Source: Gammaproteobacteria bacterium
Lineage (GTDB): Bacteria; Pseudomonadota; Gammaproteobacteria; UBA4575
NCBI GenBank assembly: GCA_965243395.1
Contig: CBDEUS010000001.1
Location: 480,001 to 544,000 of the forward strand
Reading direction: 5' to 3'
Length of the DNA stretch: 64,000 nucleotides
Below are positions 21,104 through 31,819 of the stretch, one piece after another (position 1 is the first letter of the stretch; the number at the start of each line of letters is the position of its first letter). The translations under genes and the position numbers were made by a program. The notes beneath the pieces were generated by a model. That model ran no database searches. It had not been told where the DNA came from and worked only from the letters and a program-made list of their open reading frames with translations.

Positions 21104-22615
21104 TCAACTATCTATCATCATTTCGCATTCGCGTAATTTGTTAGCCATGCTTGCTGCAGATTGAAAACGTTTGTCTGGGTCTTTTTCTAATGCTTTATTT
21201 ACAGTCCAGGCAATGCAGGAAGGTGTACCAGGATTAATTTCTGCAATATCTTTATGTTGTTCATGTGTGATAGAGCGCATTAACTCAGCCATAGTTTTAG
21301 GGCGGAACGGCGGTGAGCCTGTTAGCAAATGATATAAAGTTACCCCCAGTGAATAAAGGTCGGAGCGTGCGTCTAACCGATCACCTGCTAATTGTTCAGG
21401 AGACATATATAAAGGTGTTCCCAAAATTGATCCAGCTCGGGTTCTTGTTGAATCGGGAATCCTAGCTATTCCAAAGTCCGTAAGCTTAACGTAATCGTCG
21501 GTTTTGTTATATATGATATTTGCCGGTTTGATATCCCTGTGTATTAAATCTTGTTTATGGGAGTAAGCAAGTGCATCGGCGCATTGGGCGATAATTTTCA
21601 ATACTGTTTGAGGGTGAAGTAATTGATCAGCACGCGCATAGTTACGTAGATTTATGCCGTCTACATATTCCATGGCAATATAGGCATAGCCATCTGTTTC
21701 GCCACTGTCCAGTATTTTAACAATATTTGGATGGTTTAAATTACCCGCTGTTTCAATTTCTCGGTAAAAACGGAATTTGTACTCATCTAGATGATTTTCT
21801 TCTAATTCGTCTGAAAGGTTGAGTACCTTGATGGCTACAATTTGATCAGTAACGATATCTTTACCTTTAAATACAGCTCCAGTAGTTCCTTGACCAAGTA
21901 CACTGTCGACTTTATAGCGACTGCCATAAAGAGCAGGATATTCGCTTAATTCGCCACTTATACTGTCTTCATTTTCAATAGCATCATCTGATGTAACAAG
22001 TGTTTTCTCAGAAGCGAGTGCTTTTTCAATTATGGTCGACTGATAACCAGTAACTTGTGTATCAATAGGTGAAATATTTTCTTTGGTTTGAACTTCCGTT
22101 GTATCTATTGATTCTTCATCCTGTGTTTGAATTTCACTACTGAAAGATGCGATACGATTATTAATGTCTTTGAAGTTAGGTTCAAAATCTGCAATGTATA
22201 AAAATGCATTTTTAGCATTTTCAGGATCGCCTTTAATTTGAAAGTCAGTTGCTAAGTTATAAATTAAATTAGCGGTATCGTGATTTCTTGGACAAAGTTT
22301 AAATTTTTCAAAAGCAAGATTGAGTTGTCCCAAGCCTTGTAATTTAAGACCCACACTACGATTATTATTTCGTGACTGGAATCTATCTGCCGCTGTTATT
22401 GAGCGTTGTTTTTGATTAGAAGAAGCACCAAAGAAAGCCCAGCCAAGTGAAATAATCGAAATTAATGTGATAACGGTAACTTGAGTGATCCAGGCCGAAA
22501 CGCGCATATCCCAGAGTAATACTGTAAGGGCTATTAAACCGAATAGGCTTAATGCAAACCATTTATTATCGATTTTATTATCTCTTAACATAGATGCCTT
22601 GGTTATTTCCGCCAA
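21104..22615 (-). CDS. Membrane-anchored Hanks-type Ser/Thr protein kinase
   Basis: Two N-terminal TMs; GQGTTG, VAIK, HRDIKPAN, DFG, GTPLYMSPE. Confidence 0.92.
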   Translation of the reverse strand: MAEITKASMLRDNKIDNKWFALSLFGLIALTVLLWDMRVSAWITQVTVITLISIISLGWAFFGASSNQKQRSITAADRFQSRNNNRSVGLKLQGLGQLNLAFEKFKLCPRNHDTANLIYNLATDFQIKGDPENAKNAFLYIADFEPNFKDINNRIASFSSEIQTQDEESIDTTEVQTKENISPIDTQVTGYQSTIIEKALASEKTLVTSDDAIENEDSISGELSEYPALYGSRYKVDSVLGQGTTGAVFKGKDIVTDQIVAIKVLNLSDELEENHLDEYKFRFYREIETAGNLNHPNIVKILDSGETDGYAYIAMEYVDGINLRNYARADQLLHPQTVLKIIAQCADALAYSHKQDLIHRDIKPANIIYNKTDDYVKLTDFGIARIPDSTRTRAGSILGTPLYMSPEQLAGDRLDARSDLYSLGVTLYHLLTGSPPFRPKTMAELMRSITHEQHKDIAEINPGTPSCIAWTVNKALEKDPDKRFQSAASMANKLRECEMMIDS

Positions 22616-22949
22616 GATGCTTAATCAACTCAGCGAGCCGTAAAAGATGGATAAATGACATCTGAACAACTTCATGTATAGGGCCTATTTGTTTCATGGC
22701 GTATGGCGACAATTCCAGGTCTTTCACCCAACCTAATTTAGAGGTGATATCCACAGCTGTAATATTGGTATTTCAAGGTTTCGGAGGATACTACAGACAT
22801 GCTCAATGCCACCATAAAAGCAGGCAAAAAGCGCGACGAGTTATCTAATTTTAGGGATGTATTGCCATTAAAATCAGTGGATTATGTAATGAATCAGGGA
22901 TTTTCTGAGCGTGAGGACCAACAGAGTAAATGCGGTGGGGATAATCTGA

Positions 22950-24380
22950 TTAGTCAATAAGAATAGTTTCGCCTGGATACAGTGGCTGGTCTGCACTGCG
23001 GCCATTGATTTCGTATAGGCGTTGAACCGTAGTGTTGTTGCGATTAGCGATTTTCCAAAAGCTGTCACCCATTGCTACAACATAAAAGTAGGGTTCTGTA
23101 ACTGAAGTTTTGTTTAATGCTGTATGAATATACTCGTGACTTTGTTTTGCAGAAGGTCGTTTAATTTTTGTTCCCGGCTCAGTCGGTACGAGTAGAGATC
23201 GACCCGCAACAATCGTGTTGCCAGTCAAATTATTGGCATCTCGTAATGCATTTATGCTTGTTCCATAACGACGTGCAATAGTACTTAAGGAATCGCCACG
23301 ATTCACTTTATGTATTGCTAATTCAGGTTGACTTTCTTCTGGCAGGCTTTGAATCGTTTGAGTTAATAACTTCGCATCTTCATTGGGTACAAGTAATTGG
23401 TAACCTGCATGAATTGGGATAGTAAGGTTTCGTAAGGCAGGGTTGAGAAGTTTTATTTCACTTTTACTCACATCTGCTTCACGAATTAATTTCGCAGGTG
23501 AAATTCGTTTAGTTAGCTGAATAGTTTCAATATACGAATTATCCGCGACAGGAAATAGCAACGTATTGTTCAACTTATTATCATTTACAATTGCACAAAG
23601 TGCTAAAAGTTTAGGCACGTATTCACGAGTTTCACGTGGTAAGTGTAAATCCCAATAACTATTTTCATCATACGTACTGTTTGAATGTTTGAGTGCACGT
23701 GCAACTCGTTGTGGTCCAGCGTTATAAGCTGCAAGTGCAAGCAGCCAATCTTTATCAAAACGTTTATACATTTGTTCTAGATAATCTAAAGCTGCCGATG
23801 TAGAAGCATAAACATCATGACGCCCGTCATAGCTATAGGTACGTTTAAGTCCCAATTCTTTTCCAGTCATAGACATGATTTGCCATAGACCTTCCGCTCT
23901 AGCACGTGAACGTGCTCGTGGGTAATAGCCACTTTCAACAATAGGTAATATCGCTAATTCAGCTGGCATTTGCCGTTTTTTAACTTCTGATAGAACGAAG
24001 TGTATAAATGGCTCAGAACGTTTAGTTACGCTAGATAAATATTCGCTTTCTTGTAGATATTTTTCTTTTCGTTTCGCAACACGTGGATGATCATAAAACT
24101 GTGTAAGTTCTAGATTCTCACTGATGTGCTCCCATATGAGGCGGTTCTTTGTTGTTTTGTTATTTGGGAAATGTTGAAATGAATCGCTTAACAGGGGGCT
24201 AATCAGATCAGGAGTTTCCGACGAATCGGAGGGTATAAATTTGTGACGATTCGATTTTTCTGTAAGTTCGGGATTTATGGGCGAATGCGTGCAGGCAGTG
24301 ATAAAAAAACCTAAGATCAGTACGGTGAAACCGTATTTAATACACAACCTCTCCTCCATGGCCGCGAAGGATAAATTCAC
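22950..24380 (-). CDS. mltD: Lytic murein transglycosylase D (SLT domain plus LysM repeats)
   Basis: LPIVESG, GLWQ, ALAAYNAG, ETREYVPK; LysM repeats GDSLSTIA and GDSFWKIA; lipobox ITAC. Confidence 0.88.
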   Translation of the reverse strand: MNLSFAAMEERLCIKYGFTVLILGFFITACTHSPINPELTEKSNRHKFIPSDSSETPDLISPLLSDSFQHFPNNKTTKNRLIWEHISENLELTQFYDHPRVAKRKEKYLQESEYLSSVTKRSEPFIHFVLSEVKKRQMPAELAILPIVESGYYPRARSRARAEGLWQIMSMTGKELGLKRTYSYDGRHDVYASTSAALDYLEQMYKRFDKDWLLALAAYNAGPQRVARALKHSNSTYDENSYWDLHLPRETREYVPKLLALCAIVNDNKLNNTLLFPVADNSYIETIQLTKRISPAKLIREADVSKSEIKLLNPALRNLTIPIHAGYQLLVPNEDAKLLTQTIQSLPEESQPELAIHKVNRGDSLSTIARRYGTSINALRDANNLTGNTIVAGRSLLVPTEPGTKIKRPSAKQSHEYIHTALNKTSVTEPYFYVVAMGDSFWKIANRNNTTVQRLYEINGRSADQPLYPGETILID

Positions 24381-24494
24381 CGCAAAAATAGATCAACAAT
24401 TAAATTTACATTGATCAATGAACTCAAGCTTGTAATCTTTATCTATTGTAGAAAGTTTGCATTACAAATTACTGTTTTAAGGTAGAATAAGATT

Positions 24495-25283
24495 ATGAAA
24501 GAATCTGCTTTGTTTAATTCTGCTAAATATGCACAACAATTGCAGGAATGGTATACAACACCAGCAGGACAAATTTTATACAGTGAATTATTAAATAAAT
24601 TAGAAAAATTACTGCCGAGTTTATTTGGCTATCACGCTTTACAAATTGGTGGTTTAACTGAAGAACTGGATTTAATTTCGAGTAGTGCAATTCAACAAAA
24701 AATATATATGACTTTAGACAGTACCCAAGGTACTGTTACCGCTTCTCCACTGGCTTTGCCTTTTCCGCAAGACACACTGGATCTAATTGTCTTGCCGCAT
24801 ACTTTAGATTTTTCACCAGAACCACACCAAGTCTTGCGTGAGATTCATCGGGTACTGATCTCTGAAGGTCATGTCGTTATGATAGGTTTTAATCCAATTA
24901 GCATGATGGGGGTGAGCAAATTGATTTTTACCCGTAGTCGACGCGCACCTTGGGTGGGTCATTTTTATACTGCTAAACGATTAAAAGACTGGCTTTCATT
25001 GCTAGATTTTAAAGTCATGGGCATTGAACATGTTGGTATGCGTCCACCTATTCAAAATTTACGCTTACAACAACGCATAAAGTTCATTTGCAAAGCTGAG
25101 AAAATTGGCTTGAGTCGCTTGGGAGGCATACAACTGTTTGTTGCGAAGAAGCGGGAGCTCACATTGACACCATTACCACAACCTTGGCGTACACGAAGAC
25201 GTATGATCCCTGTAAATGTAACGGAACCTACCGCGAGACAAAGCAAATATGGCAGTAGCACAACGCGTCGAAATTTTCACTGA
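24495..25283 (+). CDS. SAM-dependent methyltransferase (YafS-like)
   Basis: [35 protein letters not shown]; position upstream of rnhA. Confidence 0.85.
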   Translation: MKESALFNSAKYAQQLQEWYTTPAGQILYSELLNKLEKLLPSLFGYHALQIGGLTEELDLISSSAIQQKIYMTLDSTQGTVTASPLALPFPQDTLDLIVLPHTLDFSPEPHQVLREIHRVLISEGHVVMIGFNPISMMGVSKLIFTRSRRAPWVGHFYTAKRLKDWLSLLDFKVMGIEHVGMRPPIQNLRLQQRIKFICKAEKIGLSRLGGIQLFVAKKRELTLTPLPQPWRTRRRMIPVNVTEPTARQSKYGSSTTRRNFH

Positions 25284-25695
25284 CGGTGCCTGCAGAGGAA
25301 ACCCTGGTCCTGGGGGATGGGGTGCAATTTTGCGTTACGGAAACAAAGAAACGTTATTGCAAGGTGCTGAAGAACATACAACAAATAACCGTATGGAGTT
25401 GCAAGCAGCTGTTTCCGCACTTGAGAAGCTCACGCGTCCCTGTGATGTAAACATCACAACGGATTCACGCTATATGATGGATGGAATACAGCAGTGGTTA
25501 GCCAATTGGAAACTTAATGGTTGGAAAACTTCAGCTAAAAAACCTGTTAAGAATGAAGACTTATGGAAACAATTAGATAAATTAGTTGAAAAACATAATG
25601 TGACATGGACTTGGGTCAAAGGGCATAGTGGGCATGTTGAAAATGAAAAAGTTGATCAATTAGCGAATGAAGCAATTGATAATTTGTTATTGTAG
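25249..25695 (+). CDS. rnhA: Ribonuclease HI
   Basis: [39 protein letters not shown]. Confidence 0.98.
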   Translation: MAVAQRVEIFTDGACRGNPGPGGWGAILRYGNKETLLQGAEEHTTNNRMELQAAVSALEKLTRPCDVNITTDSRYMMDGIQQWLANWKLNGWKTSAKKPVKNEDLWKQLDKLVEKHNVTWTWVKGHSGHVENEKVDQLANEAIDNLLL

Positions 25696-25734
25696 GCAAA
25701 ATAAGTAAATCGAATTTAAATCAGGAAAAATTTA

Positions 25735-26451
25735 ATGCGCCAAGTAGTGCTTGATACAGAAACAACCGGTCTTGAAGTGTCACAAGGACACCGAATAATT
25801 GAAATTGGATGTGTTGAAGTTTTACATAGACGCACCACTGATCAAATTTATCATCAATTTCTTAATCCAGAACGTGAAATTGATGCGGGAGCTGAAGAAG
25901 TGCACGGGATCACCACACAATTTCTTGCAGATAAACCAAAATTTCACGATATTGCTACTGACTTTATTGGGTTTATTACTGATGCAGAGGTAATAATTCA
26001 CAATGCGAGTTTTGATGTTGGATTTATTAATCATGAATTAGAACGAGCTGGTTATAGCATTACGGATATTAATCAGTGCTGCAAAGTAATTGATTCACTC
26101 GATCTCGCGAGAAAGATGCATCCAGGGCAAAAAAATAGCCTAGATGCTTTATGTAAGCGATATGAAATCGATAATTCACATCGTGAGTTGCACGGAGCAT
26201 TACTTGATGCTCAGATTCTTGCAGATGTGTATTTAGCTTTGACGGGTGGTCAAGCTACTTTGAGTTTGGCTGGTAAAGCAGATAGTTTAGAGAAAAGTAG
26301 GAAGGCAAATACTGCCCTAGATGCAGATAGAAAGGCATTGAAGGTGGTTTATGCGGATCAGGATGAATTGCAAGCACATGAGGCTTTTTTGAACAAAATT
26401 CAGCAGGAAAGTGACTCTGGTTGTCTATGGTTGAGCAAAAAAACTGAATAG
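25735..26451 (+). CDS. dnaQ: DNA polymerase III epsilon subunit
   Basis: LDTETTG, HNASFD, HGALLDA, GGQ. Confidence 0.97.
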   Translation: MRQVVLDTETTGLEVSQGHRIIEIGCVEVLHRRTTDQIYHQFLNPEREIDAGAEEVHGITTQFLADKPKFHDIATDFIGFITDAEVIIHNASFDVGFINHELERAGYSITDINQCCKVIDSLDLARKMHPGQKNSLDALCKRYEIDNSHRELHGALLDAQILADVYLALTGGQATLSLAGKADSLEKSRKANTALDADRKALKVVYADQDELQAHEAFLNKIQQESDSGCLWLSKKTE

Positions 26452-26567
26452 CTTTGTTACTTATATGCCTTAATGGTTGCCGAGTTGATGGAATTTCGTT
26501 ACATTTTGATCTTACTTTTAACCCAGCTTTAGCGCGAGGGGACTGCGCCTAATTGTGGAGATTATTC

Positions 26568-26792
26568 ATGTTATATAAGCTTCTTATTTGCGTTTTTTTT
26601 GCCTCAACACTATTGATATCAGGTTGTGGTGATGATGGTGGTGCAGCAGGTGGTAAGTGGGTCGGTGAAGTATATGACACCCCTAACTCAACAACGTCTA
26701 AAGAAATCGGTGAATTTGGGTCTTATGATGAATGTGTCGCCGCTACACAAAAAGAAGCAAAAATTGGCGTTTTTAATTGCGGGGTAAAATAG
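26568..26792 (+). CDS. Small hypothetical lipoprotein
   Basis: GGAG RBS; MLYKLLICVFFASTLLISG-C lipobox; two further Cys. Confidence 0.7.
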   Translation: MLYKLLICVFFASTLLISGCGDDGGAAGGKWVGEVYDTPNSTTSKEIGEFGSYDECVAATQKEAKIGVFNCGVK

Positions 26793-26877
26793 TTTCAAAT
26801 AAAGCCAGGTAATTTAATTTTTATCTTGGACTCTCGACGAACTAGATAAGTATATTCAAAGCTGAAAGTGCACAGTA

Positions 26878-27351
26878 CTATCTATTTTGTTTTAGAATTC
26901 TCTGCTTATCGCGTTGCCAATCCCGTTCTTTAATGCTGGCGCGTTTGTCTTGTTTTTGTTTACCTTTAGCAAGCCCGATTTCAAGTTTCGCTTTACCTTT
27001 TTTCCAATACATTGACAAAGGAACAAGTGTGAAACCTTTTCGCTCAACAGCTCCTATTAATCTGGCTAGTTCAGTCTTATGTAATAAGAGCTTGCGAGTT
27101 CGTGTAGGGTCAGTTGATTTATGTGTAGAGGCAGAGGGTAAAGGACTAATATGTGCGCCTAATAACCAAGCTTCCATGTTTTTGACTAAGACATAGCTTT
27201 CTTTAAGTTGTACACTTTTTGAGCGTAAACTTTTGACTTCCCAACCTTCTAAAACAATACCGCACTCAATTTTTTCCTCGATAAAATAATCATGTCGAGC
27301 TTTTTTATTAACGGCGATAATGTTATCTGTTTTATGCTTAGGCTTAGCCAT
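26878..27351 (-). CDS. smpB: SsrA-binding protein SmpB
   Basis: [34 protein letters not shown]. Confidence 0.98.
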   Translation of the reverse strand: MAKPKHKTDNIIAVNKKARHDYFIEEKIECGIVLEGWEVKSLRSKSVQLKESYVLVKNMEAWLLGAHISPLPSASTHKSTDPTRTRKLLLHKTELARLIGAVERKGFTLVPLSMYWKKGKAKLEIGLAKGKQKQDKRASIKERDWQRDKQRILKQNR

Positions 27352-27457
27352 GTCTGTATTATCGTGTATTTGTTCAAAGCATTCGATAATAATTAATAGA
27401 TGTCAACGATTTACGATAAGAAGTTAAAACTTTTTAGATGAGCAAATTTAAATAAAT

Positions 27458-28855
27458 ATGGCAACAGTCAGAACTTCTATACACGGTTATTGGTCATCTC
27501 GATTTGCATTTGTCCTTGCAGCTGCAGGGTCAGCTGTAGGTTTGGGTAATATTTGGAAGTTTCCCTATATGGCTGGTGAAAATGGTGGTGGGGCATTTGT
27601 ATTAATTTATCTAATAAGCATTGCCTTGTTTGGTATTCCAGTCATGATGTCAGAGGTGTTACTTGGTAGACGTGGAAGAAGTAGCCCGATTCACACCATG
27701 TCAATTTTGGCAAATGACGAAGGACGAAGTAGGGCTTGGCAACTTCTTGGGTTGATGGGTGTACTTGCGGGATTTTTAATTCTTTCTTATTACAGTGTAA
27801 TAGCAGGTTGGGCACTTTCTTATGTAGTGGATACTGCAAGTGGCACTTTTTCAGGCGCTACAGCCGAACAAGCAGGAGAAGTATTTAATAATTTAGTTTC
27901 TAATCCTCAGCGATTACTTTTTTGGCACACCTTGTTCATTGTGTTAACAATGTTTGTTGTTGTAAGAGGAGTAAGTAAAGGTTTAGAGAGTGCCGTGCGG
28001 ATTTTAATGCCGGCCTTATTTTTGTTGATCATAATTATGATTGGCTATGCAATTATGCATGGTGATTTTTTTGCTGGGTTAAAGTTTTTATTTGAACCTG
28101 ATTTTAGCAAGCTAAGCCCTGAAATGGTTTTAAAAGCAATGGGACAAGCCTTTTTCAGCTTAAGTTTAGGAATGGGTGCGATCATGATGTACGGTTCCTA
28201 TCTGCCAGAAGATGCATCTATAGCTACCACAAGTTTTCAAGTTGCATTTGCTGATACCTTAGTTGCAATTTTAGCTGGACTTGCCATTTTTCCTATCGTT
28301 TTTGCTAACGGCTTGGAAGCTGGACAAGGGCCAGGATTAATTTTTAATACATTACCCATTGCATTTGGCCAAATGACAGGTGGGTTGCTTTTTGGCACGA
28401 TATTTTTCGTATTACTTGTATTTGCAGCGTGGACTTCAGCAATTTCGTTGATTGAACCAGCAGTTGCTTGGCTAATTGAAAAATTTTCTATTTCTCGTTT
28501 AGTTTCTTCAATTATTTGTGGTTTCGTCACATGGTTCGTTGGGTTAGGTACCGTTTACTCATTCAATAATTGGAAAAAAATAGAAGTATTCAATGGAACT
28601 TTCCTGGAAGGAAAATCATTTTTTGATTTATTGGATTATTTAACTTCCAATATTATGTTGCCGTTGGGTGGCATATTGATTTGTATTTTTGCTGCCTGGT
28701 TGATGACTGAAAAATCTCGGCACGATGAACTAAAAATTAAGCACGAAGGTGCATATAAACTTTGGCGCTTCTTGGCTCGATACGTTACCCCGATTGGTGT
28801 CATATTTATCTTTTTACATGTGTTGGGTCTTTTAGAAAAACTTAACCTAACTTAG
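27458..28855 (+). CDS. Sodium-dependent transporter (NSS family)
   Basis: GSAVGLGNIWKFPY, GGGAF, GQAFFSLSLG, GPGLIF. Confidence 0.94.
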   Translation: MATVRTSIHGYWSSRFAFVLAAAGSAVGLGNIWKFPYMAGENGGGAFVLIYLISIALFGIPVMMSEVLLGRRGRSSPIHTMSILANDEGRSRAWQLLGLMGVLAGFLILSYYSVIAGWALSYVVDTASGTFSGATAEQAGEVFNNLVSNPQRLLFWHTLFIVLTMFVVVRGVSKGLESAVRILMPALFLLIIIMIGYAIMHGDFFAGLKFLFEPDFSKLSPEMVLKAMGQAFFSLSLGMGAIMMYGSYLPEDASIATTSFQVAFADTLVAILAGLAIFPIVFANGLEAGQGPGLIFNTLPIAFGQMTGGLLFGTIFFVLLVFAAWTSAISLIEPAVAWLIEKFSISRLVSSIICGFVTWFVGLGTVYSFNNWKKIEVFNGTFLEGKSFFDLLDYLTSNIMLPLGGILICIFAAWLMTEKSRHDELKIKHEGAYKLWRFLARYVTPIGVIFIFLHVLGLLEKLNLT

Positions 28856-28862
28856 TTGTTCA

Positions 28863-29294
28863 ATGACTCATATACAGCGCAGTGCCTTGCTGCCCTATAG
28901 TGCGGCACAAATGTTCCAATTGGTGAATGATATTGACTCTTATCCCGAGTTCGTGCCTTGGTGTGTGCAATGCTCGGTTCACAAAGAAAGTGAAAATGAA
29001 AAAGAAGCGACAATGAGCTTTGCTAAGCGAGGGATCAGTGCTTCGGTTACTACCTGTAATGAGTTGCAAGAAAATAAGCAAATCATAATGCGCTTAGTCA
29101 AAGGACCATTTAAAGATTTAGTAGGTACTTGGAATTTTCAAGATCTGGATGGAACTTCATGCAAGGTAGAATTAGATATGAAATTTTCCTTTTCAAATCG
29201 ACTTTATTCTGTAACGTTTGGCCCTATATTTAATCAAGTAGCTAATAAATTAGTAACTGCATTTACAGAAAGAGCTCAACAAATCTATGGCTAA
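28863..29294 (+). CDS. ratA: RatA/YfjG (Coq10/START-fold) protein
   Basis: LVNDIDSYPEFVPWC, GPFK.L.G.W.F, AFTERAQQIYG. Confidence 0.92.
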   Translation: MTHIQRSALLPYSAAQMFQLVNDIDSYPEFVPWCVQCSVHKESENEKEATMSFAKRGISASVTTCNELQENKQIIMRLVKGPFKDLVGTWNFQDLDGTSCKVELDMKFSFSNRLYSVTFGPIFNQVANKLVTAFTERAQQIYG

Positions 29295-29577
29295 TGTAGG
29301 TAAGATTAATATTTGGGTGAGTTACGCCTTAGCTGATAAACAAGATCTTATTGCAATTCAAATTCCTGAAAACAGCACTGTTAAGCAAGCCATAGAAATG
29401 TCTGGCTTTTTGCAGAAATATGAACAAATAGATCTTTCTAAAAGCTCATTTGGTATTTATGGAAAAGCCGTACCGCTCGATCAAACGTTAAATAATGAAG
29501 ATAGAGTAGAAATTTACAGACCATTGATAACGGACCCGATGCAAGCCCGGCGTAAACGTGCAAATTTACAAAAATAA
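29287..29577 (+). CDS. ratB: RnfH/RatB ubiquitin-like protein
   Basis: GIYGK, DRVEIYRPLITDP..ARRKRA; follows ratA. Confidence 0.9.
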   Translation: MANVGKINIWVSYALADKQDLIAIQIPENSTVKQAIEMSGFLQKYEQIDLSKSSFGIYGKAVPLDQTLNNEDRVEIYRPLITDPMQARRKRANLQK

Positions 29578-29637
29578 GTTTAAAAGCTATTGGTTATCAA
29601 TATAACTTGTTAAAAATTATTAAAAATGAATAAATCG

Positions 29638-30120
29638 TTATTGTTGTTCAGGATTCTTGTTCGTATCTAATGCTTCCTTTAAAGTTTCTGCTTGTTCTTC
29701 TACTTCTTCCAGTTCTTTTTTCTCTTTTTCGCTAAGATTATCTTCCTCTTTTTCTTCTTTATCATTATTTTCTTCTGTTCTGGCAATATCATCTTCTACG
29801 ATATTGTGTTTAACAATATCAATCACTTCGTCGCGATCAAAAGTAAGCGTGAGTTGGCGGCGTTGTTGATCTCCATAACCTGGTGTGAATAAATAGATAT
29901 AATCCCAGCGATCGGGATGAAAGCTATCCGTAATTAAAGGGCTGCCTAAAACGTATCTTACTTGTTCCTTGTTCATCCCAAGCGTTATTTTTTCAACCAT
30001 TTCCGCGTCTAACGCATTACCTTGTTGTACATCAATTTTATGAACCGTGAGCAAGCGGCTTCCACAAGCAGATACGCATGCTAAGCAAATGATATAAACT
30101 GTGATTTTTAAATAATTCAT
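29638..30120 (-). CDS. bamE: Outer membrane assembly lipoprotein BamE with charged C-terminal tail
   Basis: Lipobox VSAC, IDVQQGN, GMNKEQVRYVLGSP, RWDY; ATG 30120 directly after the recN stop. Confidence 0.92.
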   Translation of the reverse strand: MNYLKITVYIICLACVSACGSRLLTVHKIDVQQGNALDAEMVEKITLGMNKEQVRYVLGSPLITDSFHPDRWDYIYLFTPGYGDQQRRQLTLTFDRDEVIDIVKHNIVEDDIARTEENNDKEEKEEDNLSEKEKKELEEVEEQAETLKEALDTNKNPEQQ

Positions 30121-30121
30121 C

Positions 30122-31795
30122 TTAAAGTTTACTCTGCCGAAGCATCTCTTTTGCATGTTCTTGGGTATTTTTAGTAAGTTCAACACCGCCTAACATGCGT
30201 GCTAGTTCATTAATACGATCATCTTCAGCTAAATGTGAGATGTTAGTTATAATCGATTCATCTTTTTCTAATTTGTCAACTTTATAGTGGTGATGAGATT
30301 GCGCGGCCACTTGGGGTAAATGTGTCACACAAAATACTTGGGCGCTATTCCCTAATTTGCGCAAATGTTTACCTACCATTTCTGCAGTAGCTCCGCCTAC
30401 ACCAGTATCAACTTCGTCAAATATTAATGTCGGGATTTTGAGATTATTTGAAGTTGCCATTTGTATGGCCAAACTTAATCTTGAAAGTTCTCCACCTGAG
30501 GCTACTTTGTTTAAGGGCCTGAGTGTTTGACCAGGATTAGTATGCACTAAAAATTGAATTTCATCTAAGCCGTTTAAAGACAACTCTGTTGATTTTTTTG
30601 CTTCCACATTGATATAGAAACGACCACCCTGCATACCCAATGACTGCATTGATTCTGTGATACTTTCATTTAACTCATTTGCAGCTTTCTTGCGGGAGGT
30701 GCTAATTTTTTTGGCAATTGTTCGGTAGGCTTGCTCCGATTCTTCCATGGATGATTTAATTTTTTCAGGGTCTTCGTGGCCATTTTCAAGGTTATTTAGT
30801 TCTTCTTTGATAGATTTTCGCATGGTCACTAATTGTTGTGGTTTAACTTTATGTTTTCGAGCAATATCTTCAATAGCCGTTATTCGATCTTCGAGTGTTT
30901 TTAATTCTTGCGGGTTAGAGGAAATTTTTTCAGAATATTTTCGTAAACTGTTGGACAATTCTTTGGTTTGAATATGGATGCTTGATAAAGATTCTAGAGA
31001 TTCCTCTAGGTTATCATCAATTTCGACATATTTTTCCAAATCACTTATAGATGTACTGAGTATGTCGTAAATAGAGCCTTCATTATCGCCCGCAAGTTGT
31101 TGTGAAATACGCATACTGGTTTCGTTTAGCTCCTTAGAATTGTTTAAACGAGTAAACCTATCATTAATTTCTTCATATTCAGATTCTTGTAAATTCAGCT
31201 CATCTAATTCTTTAGACTGGTAGCGTAGTAAATCTATCTTTGCGCTAGTATCTTCTTGATTGCTTTCTGCGATTTCTAATTGATTCTTAAGACTTTGCCA
31301 AAGGCGAAAAACCGAAGCTAAATTTTCAATGTTTGTTTGATTTCCGGCAAAATCATCCAGCAGTTGACGTTGCATATCTATCCGCATTAAGGATTGATGC
31401 TCATGTTGTCCATAGACATCTACTAATAAATCTCCGAGGCTGCGCAAAGCTGTAACAGAGGATGGAGTAGCATTGATGTAAGCTTTAGATTTGCCGTCTG
31501 TATTGATAACGCGGCGTAAAACACACTCATCACCATCTCCGAGATCGTGTTCTATTAGCCAGTTTGATGCTTCAGTTGAATTGCTGGAATCGAGTGTTGC
31601 GATAACTTCCACATTTTCATTTTTATCACGTGCTATTGAACGATCAGCACGATTACCAAGTGCAAGATTTAATGCATCAATGATGATGGATTTTCCCGCT
31701 CCGGTTTCTCCAGTCAACACGCTCATGCCATCAAAAAAATCTAACTCTAATTCATCAATGATGGCAAAGTTTTTTATGAAGATAGATTTCAGCAT
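30122..31795 (-). CDS. recN: DNA repair protein RecN
   Basis: TGETGAGKS, GQHEH, ASGGELSR, FDEVDTG, THLPQVAA, ELARMLGG. Confidence 0.97.
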   Translation of the reverse strand: MLKSIFIKNFAIIDELELDFFDGMSVLTGETGAGKSIIIDALNLALGNRADRSIARDKNENVEVIATLDSSNSTEASNWLIEHDLGDGDECVLRRVINTDGKSKAYINATPSSVTALRSLGDLLVDVYGQHEHQSLMRIDMQRQLLDDFAGNQTNIENLASVFRLWQSLKNQLEIAESNQEDTSAKIDLLRYQSKELDELNLQESEYEEINDRFTRLNNSKELNETSMRISQQLAGDNEGSIYDILSTSISDLEKYVEIDDNLEESLESLSSIHIQTKELSNSLRKYSEKISSNPQELKTLEDRITAIEDIARKHKVKPQQLVTMRKSIKEELNNLENGHEDPEKIKSSMEESEQAYRTIAKKISTSRKKAANELNESITESMQSLGMQGGRFYINVEAKKSTELSLNGLDEIQFLVHTNPGQTLRPLNKVASGGELSRLSLAIQMATSNNLKIPTLIFDEVDTGVGGATAEMVGKHLRKLGNSAQVFCVTHLPQVAAQSHHHYKVDKLEKDESIITNISHLAEDDRINELARMLGGVELTKNTQEHAKEMLRQSKL

Positions 31796-31819
31796 AAAGG
31801 TGCTTCAAGCTACTGAAGA

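Noticed and set aside
22616-22949. 334-bp intergenic region with TATAGGGCCTA...ATGGC, reminiscent of a c-di-GMP-I riboswitch P3
   Set aside because: The required GCAAA/GAAA P1-P2 elements are missing and it lies on the wrong strand for the downstream kinase; no CHASE2 remnant was evident by eye
26793-26877. Expected tmRNA (ssrA) or integration site downstream of smpB
   Set aside because: Only 85 bp, with no GGGG..GA 5' end or TCCACCA 3' end; ssrA must lie elsewhere
30120-30122. Absence of fur between bamE and recN
   Set aside because: Direct recN-bamE adjacency is the enterobacterial-type arrangement and is not unusual
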